64,000 nt of DNA from Candidatus Babeliales bacterium (GTDB taxonomy: Bacteria; Babelota; Babeliae; Babelales; JACPOV01): positions 224,001 to 288,000 of the forward strand of contig JBFWNW010000001.1 in the NCBI GenBank assembly GCA_050250855.1. The letters run 5' to 3'. Below are positions 39,629 through 49,703 of the stretch, piece by piece. Within the stretch, counting starts at the first letter, position 1, and every line of letters starts with the position of its first letter. The notes beneath the pieces were generated by a model that was given only the letters and a program-made list of their open reading frames with translations, was not told where the DNA came from and did no database searches. The position numbers and the translations under genes were made by a program.

Positions 39629-40180
39629 ATGGCAAATACGTATGTAGCATTTATGCTTCCTGATGATCTGCAAGAACAGATTGTTGCAGTGCAAGATGAA
39701 CTTAATGCACGGTTGAAGCAGCAGGGGTTGCCACTTCTTAAAAAACGATTGCCCGAGCGCTTGCATATAACGTTGCAATTTATAAGAAAAAATGATGTTT
39801 CTCAGGAAGAGATTGCAAAAATTGTTCGTGCATTACAAGCCATTGCACATGAATTTAAATCTATTGAGCTTGCACAGAATCTTGCGCAAGCTCAGTTTGC
39901 TTTCTGGGGACCGGTTGTCGTATTGGTATTAAAACCACATGAAGAGTTAACTGCTTTAGTTGCAGCAGTAAGAAAAGCATTTGATAATGCTGGCATTGAA
40001 TATGATAAAAAATTTCCTGACTATATTCCACATCTGACGATTGGTTCTTTAGATGAAGCATCACGCAATTTTTTACAGCAGCAAAAAATACAAGTTCCAG
40101 AGATTAAAACGTACAAAGCGGATGCACTTGTTTTACGTTCAGCAGGAGCAAATGCAGCCCATATTTTTCTTAAGAGATAG
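39629..40180 (+). CDS. 2H phosphoesterase, RNA 2',3'-cyclic phosphodiesterase (ThpR/LigT) family
   Basis: Two HxT motifs: LHITLQF and PHLTIG. Confidence 0.88.
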   Translation: MANTYVAFMLPDDLQEQIVAVQDELNARLKQQGLPLLKKRLPERLHITLQFIRKNDVSQEEIAKIVRALQAIAHEFKSIELAQNLAQAQFAFWGPVVVLVLKPHEELTALVAAVRKAFDNAGIEYDKKFPDYIPHLTIGSLDEASRNFLQQQKIQVPEIKTYKADALVLRSAGANAAHIFLKR

Positions 40181-40982
40181 AAAAAAGTTTTTGCGCGTTA
40201 GTTGTTGTTTGCTGAGCAATAGTTTCAAAATCTGTAGCGCGTAGTTCTGCTAAAAATTCTGCAATAGCTTTAATATACTGTGGATGATTGCGCTTACCGC
40301 GAATTATCTGTGGTGGCAAGAATGGTGCATCAGTTTCCAGCACAATATGCTCAAGCTTAATTTTTTTAAAAATTTCACGCAGCGCTTCATTTTTAGGATA
40401 GGTAAGCGTGCCACCAATGCCAACATAAAAACCAATATCTATGACATAATCCGCAAACTGTTGATCTTCTGAAAAGCAATGAATAACGCCGCGAAAGTTT
40501 TTTTCTTTTTTATATTCTTCAAGAGCATAGACTGTTTCTTGCACTGCATCTCGCGTATGAATAATAATGGGAAGATTATGAGTAAGGGCTAATTCAACCT
40601 GCGCTTTGAAAGCATCTTTTTGTTGTTGTATAGAAAAATCAGGATAATGTTTATCAAATCCTATTTCGCCGATGGCAATTATTTTATTCCGTTCTTTGTC
40701 AACCAACAGTTTTTGTAATGCTGCCATATCTTTTTGCCAGCCTTTGGTAAGATCATTTGGGTGTATACCAATTGCTGCATAGCAATCCTGAAATGTTCGT
40801 GCAAGAGCAATACAGTTTAAACTTTCAATAACACTTGTTCCAACATTAATAATACGGTTTACGTGTTCATGGGCAGCTTGTTTTACAATGGTAGCAGCGC
40901 CCGTAAAATCGTCTGGCTTGAGCGGTACATCGAAATCTTTTTTTATCATTATGTTAATATGACAATGAGTATCAATAAGCAT
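40170..40982 (-). CDS. tatD: TatD family nuclease
   Basis: DTHCH, GIHP, IGEIG.D, IIHTRDA, HCFS, LETDAPFL. Confidence 0.95.
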   Translation of the reverse strand: MLIDTHCHINIMIKKDFDVPLKPDDFTGAATIVKQAAHEHVNRIINVGTSVIESLNCIALARTFQDCYAAIGIHPNDLTKGWQKDMAALQKLLVDKERNKIIAIGEIGFDKHYPDFSIQQQKDAFKAQVELALTHNLPIIIHTRDAVQETVYALEEYKKEKNFRGVIHCFSEDQQFADYVIDIGFYVGIGGTLTYPKNEALREIFKKIKLEHIVLETDAPFLPPQIIRGKRNHPQYIKAIAEFLAELRATDFETIAQQTTTNAQKLFSIS

Positions 40983-41082
40983 AAAAAACCTTTTTGTTAA
41001 GCATGTTATATGGTTGAAGCGTGATTGGATCTTTAGTTTGTTGTTTTAAAAATCGTTTATTTTACGTAAAAAATACCATTAT

Positions 41083-41110
41083 TTGACAAAGAAATAAATC
41101 AATTTATGCT
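41083..41110 (+). promoter_or_regulatory. Putative sigma70 promoter of hup
   Basis: TTGACA-16 nt-TATGCT. Confidence 0.6.
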
Positions 41111-41191
41111 ATTACATTAAGTTACAGGAAACTAAAAAGTTGAGTTTTAGTGAAGAGCAGTGTTTAACATAAAAACCTTAGGAGTTCTTTT

Positions 41192-41470
41192 ATGAACAAA
41201 AGTCAATTAATTGACTCTCTTGCTGAAGAAACCGCGTTCAGCAAAAAAGACGTTACACGTTTTTTGGATAGTCTTGCACGCACTGTTCAACGTGCGTTAA
41301 AGAGCGGAGACAAAGTACAATGGGCAAGTTTCGGTACGTGGTCTGTATCGCGCCGACCTGCTCGTAAAGGGATTAATCCAGCAACCAAAGAACGCATCAA
41401 TCTACCAGCGGTGAACGTACCTAAGTTCAAACCTGGCAAAGCGTTACGCGAGGTTGTTCGTTCTATTTAG
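41192..41470 (+). CDS. hup: HU DNA-binding protein
   Basis: MNKSQLI, FGTW, RKGINPAT, PKFKPGKALRE. Confidence 0.96.
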   Translation: MNKSQLIDSLAEETAFSKKDVTRFLDSLARTVQRALKSGDKVQWASFGTWSVSRRPARKGINPATKERINLPAVNVPKFKPGKALREVVRSI

Positions 41471-41499
41471 TTGTTGTAAATAGAGCTTTTTATTCGTAC

Positions 41500-41530
41500 A
41501 AGGGTCGCAGAAATGCGACCCTTTTGCTTT
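41500..41530 (+). terminator. Rho-independent terminator after hup
   Basis: AAGGGTCGCA-gaaa-TGCGACCCTT plus T tail. Confidence 0.9.
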
Positions 41531-41613
41531 TCAAAATTTTTCTTTTTGGCTATATTGAATGTATTCACCATAAATACTAGGATAAATTCAGGAAACCATA
41601 TGAGGGACGCAGT

Positions 41614-42849
41614 ATGATCGATCTCAATCTTCTGAGAGAAGAGCCAGAAAAAACAGTTGCACGCATTTTAAAAAAAGACCCTTCTTTTAATGCGCAAAGA
41701 TTACATGAGCTAGACCAAGATGTACGCGGTTTACGCTTGCAGGTAGAAGAGCTGCGCCATAAAAAAAATGAACTGGCGCAAGCAGGCAAAAAAGGTGTAA
41801 CAGACGAACTGCGCCAACAATCTATTGAGGTCAGCAAAAAGCTCAAAGAGGCGGAGTCTGATTTAGAAAAAGTTGAAAAAGAGTTTCAAGAGCTTTACCT
41901 TTCATGTCCAAATATACCTGCAGAAGATATCCCTGAAGGGTTTAAAGAATCAAATAAAGTAGTCAAAGAATACGGCAAAAAGCCAACCTTTAATTTTTCT
42001 ATAAAAAATCATGTAGAGCTGGGCACTGCTTTGGGGTGGTTTGATTTTGAAGCGGCAACAAAAATCACTGGAAGCAACTTTGTTGTTTATCTGGATGATG
42101 CTGTGAAGCTCATGTATGCGTTAACTATGTTTATGCTTGATAATAATAAAAAGCATGGCTTTAAAATGGTTCTTCCTCCTTACTTAGTTAATGAAAAATC
42201 ATTATATGTTCCTGGCAATTTTCCAAAATTTAAAGACCAAGTATATGCTATTCCTGAAGATGGTTTTTATCTTATTCCCACAGCGGAAGTTGCTTTGGCT
42301 AATTTATACCGAGACCATATTTTTGCAACACAAGATTTGCCAAAACGCTTAACAGCTTGGACCGGTTGCTTTAGACGCGAAGCAGGTGGTTATGGTGCAA
42401 CAGAGCGTGGGCTGATTCGTATTCATGAATTTGAAAAAGTTGAACTCTTTACCTTTTGCCAACCAGAAGAGGCAGATAAAGAACTTGAACGCATGCTTGT
42501 TTGCGCTGAGGAACTATTGCAGCAATTAGGACTTACCTATCGCGTTAGTTTGCTGGCAGCACAAGATTGTTCGTTCCCTGCAACGCGTACATTAGATATT
42601 GAAGTATGGATGCCGGGGCAGAATGCTTATTATGAAGTTTCTTCTGCAAGCAATTGTTCAGATTTTCAGGCTCGTAGAGGAGCGATTCGTTATCGCAGAA
42701 GTTCAACCAGTAAACCAGAACTTGTTTATACCTTAAATGCATCATCTTTGGCACTGCCGCGTTTAATGGTTGCTTTAATGGAAACGTATCAGCAAGAGGA
42801 TGGCTCTATTAAAATTCCAGAGATTTTAAAAAAATATGGTGTTTGGTAA
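41614..42849 (+). CDS. serS: Serine--tRNA ligase
   Basis: LIPTAEV, CFRREAG, GLIRIHEFEKVE, EVSSASNCSDFQARR. Confidence 0.98.
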   Translation: MIDLNLLREEPEKTVARILKKDPSFNAQRLHELDQDVRGLRLQVEELRHKKNELAQAGKKGVTDELRQQSIEVSKKLKEAESDLEKVEKEFQELYLSCPNIPAEDIPEGFKESNKVVKEYGKKPTFNFSIKNHVELGTALGWFDFEAATKITGSNFVVYLDDAVKLMYALTMFMLDNNKKHGFKMVLPPYLVNEKSLYVPGNFPKFKDQVYAIPEDGFYLIPTAEVALANLYRDHIFATQDLPKRLTAWTGCFRREAGGYGATERGLIRIHEFEKVELFTFCQPEEADKELERMLVCAEELLQQLGLTYRVSLLAAQDCSFPATRTLDIEVWMPGQNAYYEVSSASNCSDFQARRGAIRYRRSSTSKPELVYTLNASSLALPRLMVALMETYQQEDGSIKIPEILKKYGVW

Positions 42850-43701
42850 ATGATATCTCCTGAATTATTGAAAAAAATTCGTGCCATTCAGCTTAAAACG
42901 AGACGCATTTTAAGTGGTTCTATGGTTGGCGATAGCCGAACTGCAAAAAAAGGTTTTGGTTTAGAGTTTGAGCAGTTAGCTGAGTATCAATTTGGTGATG
43001 ATATTCGCTTTATTGATTGGAAAAGTTCAGCGCGTACTAATAAGCTTCTTTTAAAAGAGTATCGTGAAGAGCGTAATCGTGTTGTTATGCTTGTGGTTGA
43101 TGGTTCGCGTTCAAATTTCTATGCCTCAGGAGACCGTCTTAAGTATGAGGTTATAGCTGAAGTTGCTTCAATTATAGCACTTGCTGCTCAGAACGGTAAA
43201 GATGCTGTTGGCCTTATTCTTGTTACCGATAAGGTTGAACTTTATATTCCACCAAAAAATGGTAGGAAGCATAGTAATATTATTATGGAAGCTCTTTTTA
43301 ACTTTAAACCACAATCATTGGGAACGAATATTGCAGCAGGTTTGAAAAAACTTATGCAGATCAAATCCCGCGATATGTTTTGTTTTTTAATTTCTGATTT
43401 TATTGATGCTCATCTAGAAAAAGATATGCGAGCAGCTTCTCAATATCATGAATTGGTAGCTTTGCATGTGCAAGATTCTTTTGAGCAAGCATTGCCTGAC
43501 GTTGGTTTTTTAGAGCTTGTTGACTTAGAATCTGAAACAAAGCTCGTTGTTAATACCAATGCTGAAACTCCTAATAGGTATTTGGCTAAGCATCAGGATT
43601 TGCTTACAAAAACTTTTAAGAACAATAACATAAAGCATATGGTAATTAAACCTGATCAAGATTATTTATATCCATTGATCAAATTTCTCATAAGGAGATA
43701 A
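42850..43701 (+). CDS. DUF58 (vWA-like) protein
   Basis: EYQFGDDIRFIDWKSSAR, D.S.S, LISDF. Confidence 0.92.
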   Translation: MISPELLKKIRAIQLKTRRILSGSMVGDSRTAKKGFGLEFEQLAEYQFGDDIRFIDWKSSARTNKLLLKEYREERNRVVMLVVDGSRSNFYASGDRLKYEVIAEVASIIALAAQNGKDAVGLILVTDKVELYIPPKNGRKHSNIIMEALFNFKPQSLGTNIAAGLKKLMQIKSRDMFCFLISDFIDAHLEKDMRAASQYHELVALHVQDSFEQALPDVGFLELVDLESETKLVVNTNAETPNRYLAKHQDLLTKTFKNNNIKHMVIKPDQDYLYPLIKFLIRR

Positions 43702-43705
43702 GGTT

Positions 43706-44224
43706 ATGGCGTATGATCCAAAAAATCTTATTGTGTATGATGATCTGTATGATCTTTGGGCTGCATCATGGTGGCAGCAGCGGTGGTTTTGGGTTTTGAT
43801 AGGGATTATGGCTACTTTGATTGCGTTTGGTTTATTTTTTCTTATTAAAAAATTTAAACAAAGTAAAAAGACCAATCAAGACCCGTGGCAAGAAGCTTTG
43901 GCTTTGTTGCAGATGATTGATCCTGAAGGTTTTAAAGATAGATTGGCACATAAAGATTTTTATGCTCAGGTTACGTTGATTCTAAAAAATTATTTAGGGG
44001 CTCGCTATGATCTTGCACTTGCAAGCAAGACTGATGATGAAGTTATAGAGCTTGTATGTTCTTCTTCATTTCCAGCATCATTACATGATTCTTTAAAAGA
44101 GATTTTTACTGGCGCTCTTTTTGTTAAGTTTGCCAATCAGGATGCGGCTTTTCAGAAAATGCTTCAAGATTTAGAGGCATCAATGAAGATGGTAAAAGTT
44201 ACCATGCCAAGCCCCCCCTCTTGA
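43706..44224 (+). CDS. Single-TM protein of the type found in MoxR/DUF58/Bat clusters
   Basis: N-terminal TM, FY....ILKNYL, SKT..E, LFVKFA; follows DUF58. Confidence 0.7.
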   Translation: MAYDPKNLIVYDDLYDLWAASWWQQRWFWVLIGIMATLIAFGLFFLIKKFKQSKKTNQDPWQEALALLQMIDPEGFKDRLAHKDFYAQVTLILKNYLGARYDLALASKTDDEVIELVCSSSFPASLHDSLKEIFTGALFVKFANQDAAFQKMLQDLEASMKMVKVTMPSPPS

Positions 44225-44426
44225 CACGTCTGGTAAACTATAAGTAGGTGCTTTCACATGAATTGGTATAGTAGAGTTAATCTATAGAGTTACAGAGGGG
44301 TGCTGTAGAGGGTTTTGAATATCTAAGGGACAAAATATAATATCGTTTTTTTAGTATATGGAAGCCAGAGGATGTGTTATCTGTCTGGTTTTTTTCTATC
44401 ACCATTTTTTATTGGAGAATTTATTT

Positions 44427-44885
44427 ATGGCAAAGCATGTAGGGGTAAAATTACCTGAAGATTTAATAAAAGTTCTAAAAAAGGGTACTGTTGGCATTTT
44501 GGCAACGTTCTCTGAAAAGGGACTTCCCCATACTACTCCTGTTCAATGTCTTTATCCCAAGGGTCTTGAGAGTATTTTAATGTCTATCTCAAAAGATCAT
44601 GCTGGCTATCATAACATGGTATGGCAAAAAAAAGTTATGCTTTCTTTTTTAGATGAAAATAACGTCGCATATAGTGTTTTGGGAAGAGCTGGTGTTGTTA
44701 GAGCACCATCATTAGTACATCCATTGATGAATGTTGTTCGAATTGATATTATCGATATTAAAAGTGATCGTTCCACATTGACGCGCGTGGAAAGCGGTGT
44801 ACGCTGGAGTTATACTTCGTGGGAAGCGGAAGAGTTGGTTAATAGTTTAACACAAGAGTTAAAGCAGTTATCTGAAACATTATAA
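44427..44885 (+). CDS. Pyridoxamine 5'-phosphate oxidase-like FMN-binding protein
   Basis: ILATFSEKGLPHTTPV split-barrel motif; GGAG RBS before ATG 44427. Confidence 0.75.
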   Translation: MAKHVGVKLPEDLIKVLKKGTVGILATFSEKGLPHTTPVQCLYPKGLESILMSISKDHAGYHNMVWQKKVMLSFLDENNVAYSVLGRAGVVRAPSLVHPLMNVVRIDIIDIKSDRSTLTRVESGVRWSYTSWEAEELVNSLTQELKQLSETL

Positions 44886-44902
44886 CCTGTGATGGGGCTC
44901 AT

Positions 44903-46162
44903 ATGAATCATGGTTGTTCTAAAAAGTCGATGGCATATTGTTCTTTTCTGTTATCTTTTTTCTTTGTGCTTATATATGTTCCATGTCTCTTTGCACAAGA
45001 TGTTACTCCAGAAGATCAGCAACCTCAAGAGGTTGTTGAGCAAAAACAAGAATCCGATTCTACTCCCGCAGAGCAACCAAAGCAAGAACAGGAAGATGAA
45101 AAGCAAGAGCCGCCAGCTCAAGAACCTCAAAAGCAAGAATTGCAGAAAGAGGATAGTGCGCAACAACCTGCACAAACTCCCGAGCAAGCAGCTCCTGTTG
45201 TTAAAAAAGAGGGTATTGATACCGTAGATATAGAAGAGGGTGGCAACTGGCTTTTAAAACGTAAAGCGTTGGAAGATACTGCAGATACTATTGAAAAAAT
45301 AGTTAATACGTTTGGTAAGATTGTTGAAGCGAGTACAACCTATAAAATAAGACGTAATAAAATAGATAACGATTACGATCTTTATATTGCAACTATGGGC
45401 TTTAACCTAGGAGATCTTGATCAATTGCTGACAGATGTTTCTGAAGAGCTTGAGCGTGAACGCCAAAAAGATGTAGCTCTTACTGCTGATGAACGAGCAG
45501 CTATGGCAACGGTTAGAGAAAAACAAAACGAAATTAAGCAACTGCAAGCAGAGCTTAAAGCGCTTGCCGATTTAGATCAAGAAATTGATAAAGTGATAGA
45601 TACGGTTGATACGCAGATTAAAACAGCAAGTAATTATCAAAATCAGGCGTGGAAATATTTTCAAGAAATAAGAAAAGTTTTAAGCGATGAACGAGCTGAA
45701 GATCTTTATTATCGCACGGTAAGCTTACAAAAAAGTATGGAAGATATTTATGCCTACATTACCGGAACTCTCAGTGTTTATTTTACAAATCAAATTGAGA
45801 CCTTAAGAGGTCACATGGATTCAATAAAATCAAAAGTTGAATCGTTACAAAAAATGGGCATAGATCTTCAGAAAAAACTTAAGCAGTTTGAACAAGAAGA
45901 TGAAGAGCAAAGAATGCAGCAAGAAAAGCAAGAGCAGGATGAAGCGGTACAAAAGGCGGTCAAAGAGGCGGCTGGCAAGCGCAATAAATCAAATTGGCTT
46001 AATCGCTTAAGAACGATAGTTATCTGGCCATTTGTTCAGGTAAAAAACTTTGTAGTTGGCGCTTTTGACTATGTAGCTAGTTTTTTCAGATCCCCTAAAA
46101 AGCAGGTTGTAAAGCCTGAAGTTACTCAAAATAAACCCGATCTGGAGTCCTTGCCTAAATAA
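44903..46162 (+). CDS. Exported coiled-coil hypothetical protein with Q/E/P-rich linker
   Basis: Signal peptide, low-complexity segment, long heptad-rich region. Confidence 0.75.
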   Translation: MNHGCSKKSMAYCSFLLSFFFVLIYVPCLFAQDVTPEDQQPQEVVEQKQESDSTPAEQPKQEQEDEKQEPPAQEPQKQELQKEDSAQQPAQTPEQAAPVVKKEGIDTVDIEEGGNWLLKRKALEDTADTIEKIVNTFGKIVEASTTYKIRRNKIDNDYDLYIATMGFNLGDLDQLLTDVSEELERERQKDVALTADERAAMATVREKQNEIKQLQAELKALADLDQEIDKVIDTVDTQIKTASNYQNQAWKYFQEIRKVLSDERAEDLYYRTVSLQKSMEDIYAYITGTLSVYFTNQIETLRGHMDSIKSKVESLQKMGIDLQKKLKQFEQEDEEQRMQQEKQEQDEAVQKAVKEAAGKRNKSNWLNRLRTIVIWPFVQVKNFVVGAFDYVASFFRSPKKQVVKPEVTQNKPDLESLPK

Positions 46163-46189
46163 AAACTTCTGATTTGGTCTCTTTTTTCG

Positions 46190-46218
46190 TTGATCAAATG
46201 CTTTAAATCTGGTACATT
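46190..46218 (+). promoter_or_regulatory. Putative promoter of tRNA-Leu/secD
   Basis: TTGATC-17 nt-TACATT with TGn extension. Confidence 0.5.
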
Positions 46219-46237
46219 TTTCTTTGCACCAAATTAT

Positions 46238-46324
46238 GCCGAGGTGGTGGAATTGGTAGACACGCAGCTTTGAGGTGGCTGTGGGAGAAATCCTGTAGGG
46301 GTTCGAGTCCCCTCTTCGGCACCA
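46238..46324 (+). tRNA. tRNA-Leu(GAG)
   Basis: GCCGAGG acceptor, loop TTGAGGT, long variable arm, CCA. Confidence 0.96.
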
Positions 46325-46387
46325 GAAATAGAGAAATCAATATCTTTTAAGGCGAGTCAGTTTTATGAATTGCGAAAGGAATTTCTT

Positions 46388-47956
46388 ATGAACGTATCTC
46401 TACGCACGTTAGCTTCTTCAGCTTTTATAGGTTGGATAGTTCTAGCTTGTTTTGGGTTATTTTATTTATTTACCTGGAAAGACGGACGTCCTCAGTTAAG
46501 GCCTGATCGTATTAAATTCGGTATAGATTTGGTAGGAGGAACTTACATTACGCTTGAGGTACAAACGGAAAAAGCAGTTGATGCAGATCTTTCTGATAAA
46601 ATGCAGGTTATGGTAAAAAACATAAAAGAAGCAAAAATGGCTCTGCCTGTATCAAAAACGGTTAAGGACCAACGTATTGTTCTTAAATTTGATTCTGTAA
46701 AAGCAGCAAATGAAGCATCGGGCCTTATTAGTGGTCTTGATAATACGTTAACCTATGTTACTGAAGGCTCTGAAATTCGTGTAACCATGAAAGATGCTAT
46801 TGCTGAAAGAGTTAAAGAAGCAGCAGTAAAAAGTAATATTGATGTTTTAAGAACACGTCTTGATGGTTTAGGTGTAGGTGAAATTACTATTGCAGCTCAA
46901 GGTGAGAAAAATATTGTTATTGAATTGCCTAATGTGGATGATCCGCAAAAAGCAAAAGCAATGATAGGTAAAGCTGCACTTCTTGAAATGAAGTTAGTTG
47001 AACGTATGGCTTCAAATGAAGATGAACTTTTAGAAGATTATGATGGCGAAGTGCCAGATGGATTTACGGTGCTTGAAGCAAAAAATGGAAAATCATATTA
47101 CCTAGTACCAAGTTTTTCTGATATTACTGGTCGCCTTTTGAAAGATTCCTATACAGGATTTGGCGGTCAATCGGGCTCTGAGATTGTAGTGCACTTTAAA
47201 TTCAATCCAGTCGGTGGGCAAAAGTTTTATGAGTTAACCAGCAAAAATCCTGGTCGCCATATTGCCGTAATTGTTGATAATAAAGTTATTTCAGCACCAC
47301 GTATTTCTACTCCTATTGGGGCAGAAGGGTACATTCATGGTGACTTTACTAAAGAAGGAGCCTCTGAGCTTGCAGCGTTACTTAAATCGGGTGCTTTTGT
47401 TGCGCCAGTAACGTTTGAAGAAGAACGTCAAATTGGTCCTTCTCTTGGGCAAGAATCTATTCATGCAGGGCTTATGGCATGCGTATTTGGGCTAGCACTT
47501 CTTTTTGTCTTCAGTACTTTCTTGTATAAATTATCAGGCTTCTTTGCATTCATTACGCTGTTGTATAACTTGTTAATTATTATGCTTGCTGTTTCTTGGA
47601 TGGGTGCAACGTTAACATTACCTGGTCTTGCGGGTATGGTTCTTACGACAGGTATGGCAATTGACGCTTCAATTTTGATTTTTGAAAAAATAAGAGAAGA
47701 GCTTGCACAAGGTATTACGATAGCAAAAGCGATTCAGCTAGGCTTTGCTGATGCTATGGTTGTTATTTTGGATTCAAATATTACAACCTTTTTGGTTGGT
47801 ATAGTGCTCTATTGGTTTGGTACAGGCCCTATTCAAGGTTTTGCCGTTACTATGATGGTTGGTATTATTTCAACCTTGATTACAGGTCTGTTTTTCCTCA
47901 GATCAATTTTTTCTTTTATGTTAGATACATTTTCTCTTCAAAAATTAAGTATTTAG
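46388..47956 (+). CDS. secD: Protein translocase subunit SecD
   Basis: GIDLVGG, IGPSLG, LTLPGLAG...GMAIDASILIFEKIREE, GPIQGFA. Confidence 0.96.
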   Translation: MNVSLRTLASSAFIGWIVLACFGLFYLFTWKDGRPQLRPDRIKFGIDLVGGTYITLEVQTEKAVDADLSDKMQVMVKNIKEAKMALPVSKTVKDQRIVLKFDSVKAANEASGLISGLDNTLTYVTEGSEIRVTMKDAIAERVKEAAVKSNIDVLRTRLDGLGVGEITIAAQGEKNIVIELPNVDDPQKAKAMIGKAALLEMKLVERMASNEDELLEDYDGEVPDGFTVLEAKNGKSYYLVPSFSDITGRLLKDSYTGFGGQSGSEIVVHFKFNPVGGQKFYELTSKNPGRHIAVIVDNKVISAPRISTPIGAEGYIHGDFTKEGASELAALLKSGAFVAPVTFEEERQIGPSLGQESIHAGLMACVFGLALLFVFSTFLYKLSGFFAFITLLYNLLIIMLAVSWMGATLTLPGLAGMVLTTGMAIDASILIFEKIREELAQGITIAKAIQLGFADAMVVILDSNITTFLVGIVLYWFGTGPIQGFAVTMMVGIISTLITGLFFLRSIFSFMLDTFSLQKLSI

Positions 47957-47979
47957 GGTATACTACATACTAGTTTAAA

Positions 47980-48056
47980 GGCGACGTAGCTCAGTTGGCC
48001 AGAGCGGCGGAATCATAATCCGTAGGTCAGAGGTTCGAATCCTCTCGTCGCCACCA
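47980..48056 (+). tRNA. tRNA-Met(CAT), elongator
   Basis: GGCGACG/CGTCGCC fully paired acceptor, GCGGA-ATCATAA-TCCGT arm, CCA. Confidence 0.92.
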
Positions 48057-48085
48057 TAAAATACAAAGATTGTTAATTGGTCTTA

Positions 48086-48691
48086 ATGAATACAGTATCA
48101 TTTCTTAATTTACCAACCTTACTGACTCTTTTTCGATTAGTTTTTTCTCCATTTATTTTGCCTATTCTTCTTGTCACGTTTCTTCCCTATAATAATTTTG
48201 CAATTAACGTAAGTCTGACAATGGTTTTTTCTTTATTGAGCCTGACAGATTTGCTTGATGGTTATATGGCTCGGAAATTTAGTCAAGAAACGGAATTAGG
48301 CAAAGTTTTGGATCCTATAGCAGATAAGTTTTTAATGTATGCAACGCTTATTTCTCTTTTGGCAGTACATAAAATTTATTATTATTGGGTTATTCTCTTA
48401 ATTGGTAGAGAATTTTTTATTATGGGGCTTCGTCTTATTGCCGTTCAAAATAATTTTACTATAGCAGTATCATTTTATGGCAAATTAAAAACAATGGTTC
48501 AGTTCTTTTACTTTGCGTTTGCTATTCTGAATCCTGCTTTACTTCATGCAGCGCTTGAAATGCCGTTTTTTTTAATCCAATCATGTTTGCTTGCCTCTAC
48601 TCTTCTTTTATCATGTGGTTCTGCATATATGTATTACCAAGAGTTTATTAAAATGATAAAAATAAGGGTTTATGAAGGTGATTTTAGATAG
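48086..48691 (+). CDS. pgsA: CDP-diacylglycerol--glycerol-3-phosphate 3-phosphatidyltransferase
   Basis: TDLLDGYMAR...GKVLDPIADK, GKLKT. Confidence 0.94.
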   Translation: MNTVSFLNLPTLLTLFRLVFSPFILPILLVTFLPYNNFAINVSLTMVFSLLSLTDLLDGYMARKFSQETELGKVLDPIADKFLMYATLISLLAVHKIYYYWVILLIGREFFIMGLRLIAVQNNFTIAVSFYGKLKTMVQFFYFAFAILNPALLHAALEMPFFLIQSCLLASTLLLSCGSAYMYYQEFIKMIKIRVYEGDFR

Positions 48692-49250
48692 CATAATACT
48701 TATTCTTGCGTATATCGTTGGTGCATTTCCTACCGGCGTTTTATTGGCACGGTGGTATGGTATTGATGATATTACTCAACATGGATCGGGTAATATTGGT
48801 GCGACTAACGTTGGAAGAAAATTAGGAGCACGGGGATTTATAACTGTTTTTGTAGGAGATGCGGCAAAAGCGTGGGCTTACGTGCAGCTTGTACGATGGT
48901 ATGGTTTTTCCGAGAATACAGTTTTATTTGTTGGCGTAGCTCTTTTAGTTGGCAATAGTTATTCTATTTTTTTACAAGGTAAAGGCGGCAAGGGCGTTGC
49001 TACAAGTATGGGAATTTTGCTTGCGCTAGAACCAATGGTTTGCTTGATAGTATTTTTAGTGTGGGCCTTATTTTATTGGTATCTGAAGATTGTCGGAATA
49101 GCATCAGTTGGTGCGTATTTTATTCTTCCTTTGATAGCATATTTTTTTCAACCATTGAATTTTTCTTATCTCCTCTTTATGGTATTTATGAGTGCATGGG
49201 GTATAATGCGCCATTATGCTAATATACAAAGCTATATAAGGAAGCTTTGA
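48672..49250 (+). CDS. plsY: Glycerol-3-phosphate acyltransferase
   Basis: GSGNIGATNV, GKGGKGVAT, RH.ANI. Confidence 0.95.
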   Translation: MKVILDSIILILAYIVGAFPTGVLLARWYGIDDITQHGSGNIGATNVGRKLGARGFITVFVGDAAKAWAYVQLVRWYGFSENTVLFVGVALLVGNSYSIFLQGKGGKGVATSMGILLALEPMVCLIVFLVWALFYWYLKIVGIASVGAYFILPLIAYFFQPLNFSYLLFMVFMSAWGIMRHYANIQSYIRKL

Positions 49251-49703
49251 ATGTTTTTAGAATTTTTTGTGTATGGGATTTTTCTTTTTTGCTCTACCAG
49301 TTCTTTGGCTGCACTTATTGAAAAAACTATGACAGTAGAAACTGACCAAAATCGTATTGTGTTTTCTGCTTGGCATGAGAATACGTATGAAAAAGTAGAA
49401 TCGATAGTTTTGTTTAATAAAAGATCTTCTTCTAAGCCCAATATTGTCCTATGGGCTTTATCGGATGATAAAAAGAAAATTGCAGTGCAAATAAAAGAAT
49501 TTAACTATTATCTTTTTTTTGATGATAGAAGTCCTGTGACCATTTTTCCTCAAGCGATTGATAATAATATTTTTGTTTTTAACATGCCAAAGAAAAAGTT
49601 ATTATTTCAAATGAAACCAAAAGGTGCATTTACTTCTATGACAGTGGCTAATGATGGTACAGTAACCTTGATAAAAAAAAGAGAGTTTTCAGATGAATTT
49701 TAA
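49251..49703 (+). CDS. Exported hypothetical protein
   Basis: Signal-like N-terminus; tightly packed between plsY and the ligase. Confidence 0.65.
   Translation: MFLEFFVYGIFLFCSTSSLAALIEKTMTVETDQNRIVFSAWHENTYEKVESIVLFNKRSSSKPNIVLWALSDDKKKIAVQIKEFNYYLFFDDRSPVTIFPQAIDNNIFVFNMPKKKLLFQMKPKGAFTSMTVANDGTVTLIKKREFSDEF

Noticed and set aside
44225..44426. Possible riboswitch/leader upstream of the FMN-binding-fold gene
   Set aside because: No FMN-riboswitch or other recognisable aptamer consensus; only one weak hairpin.
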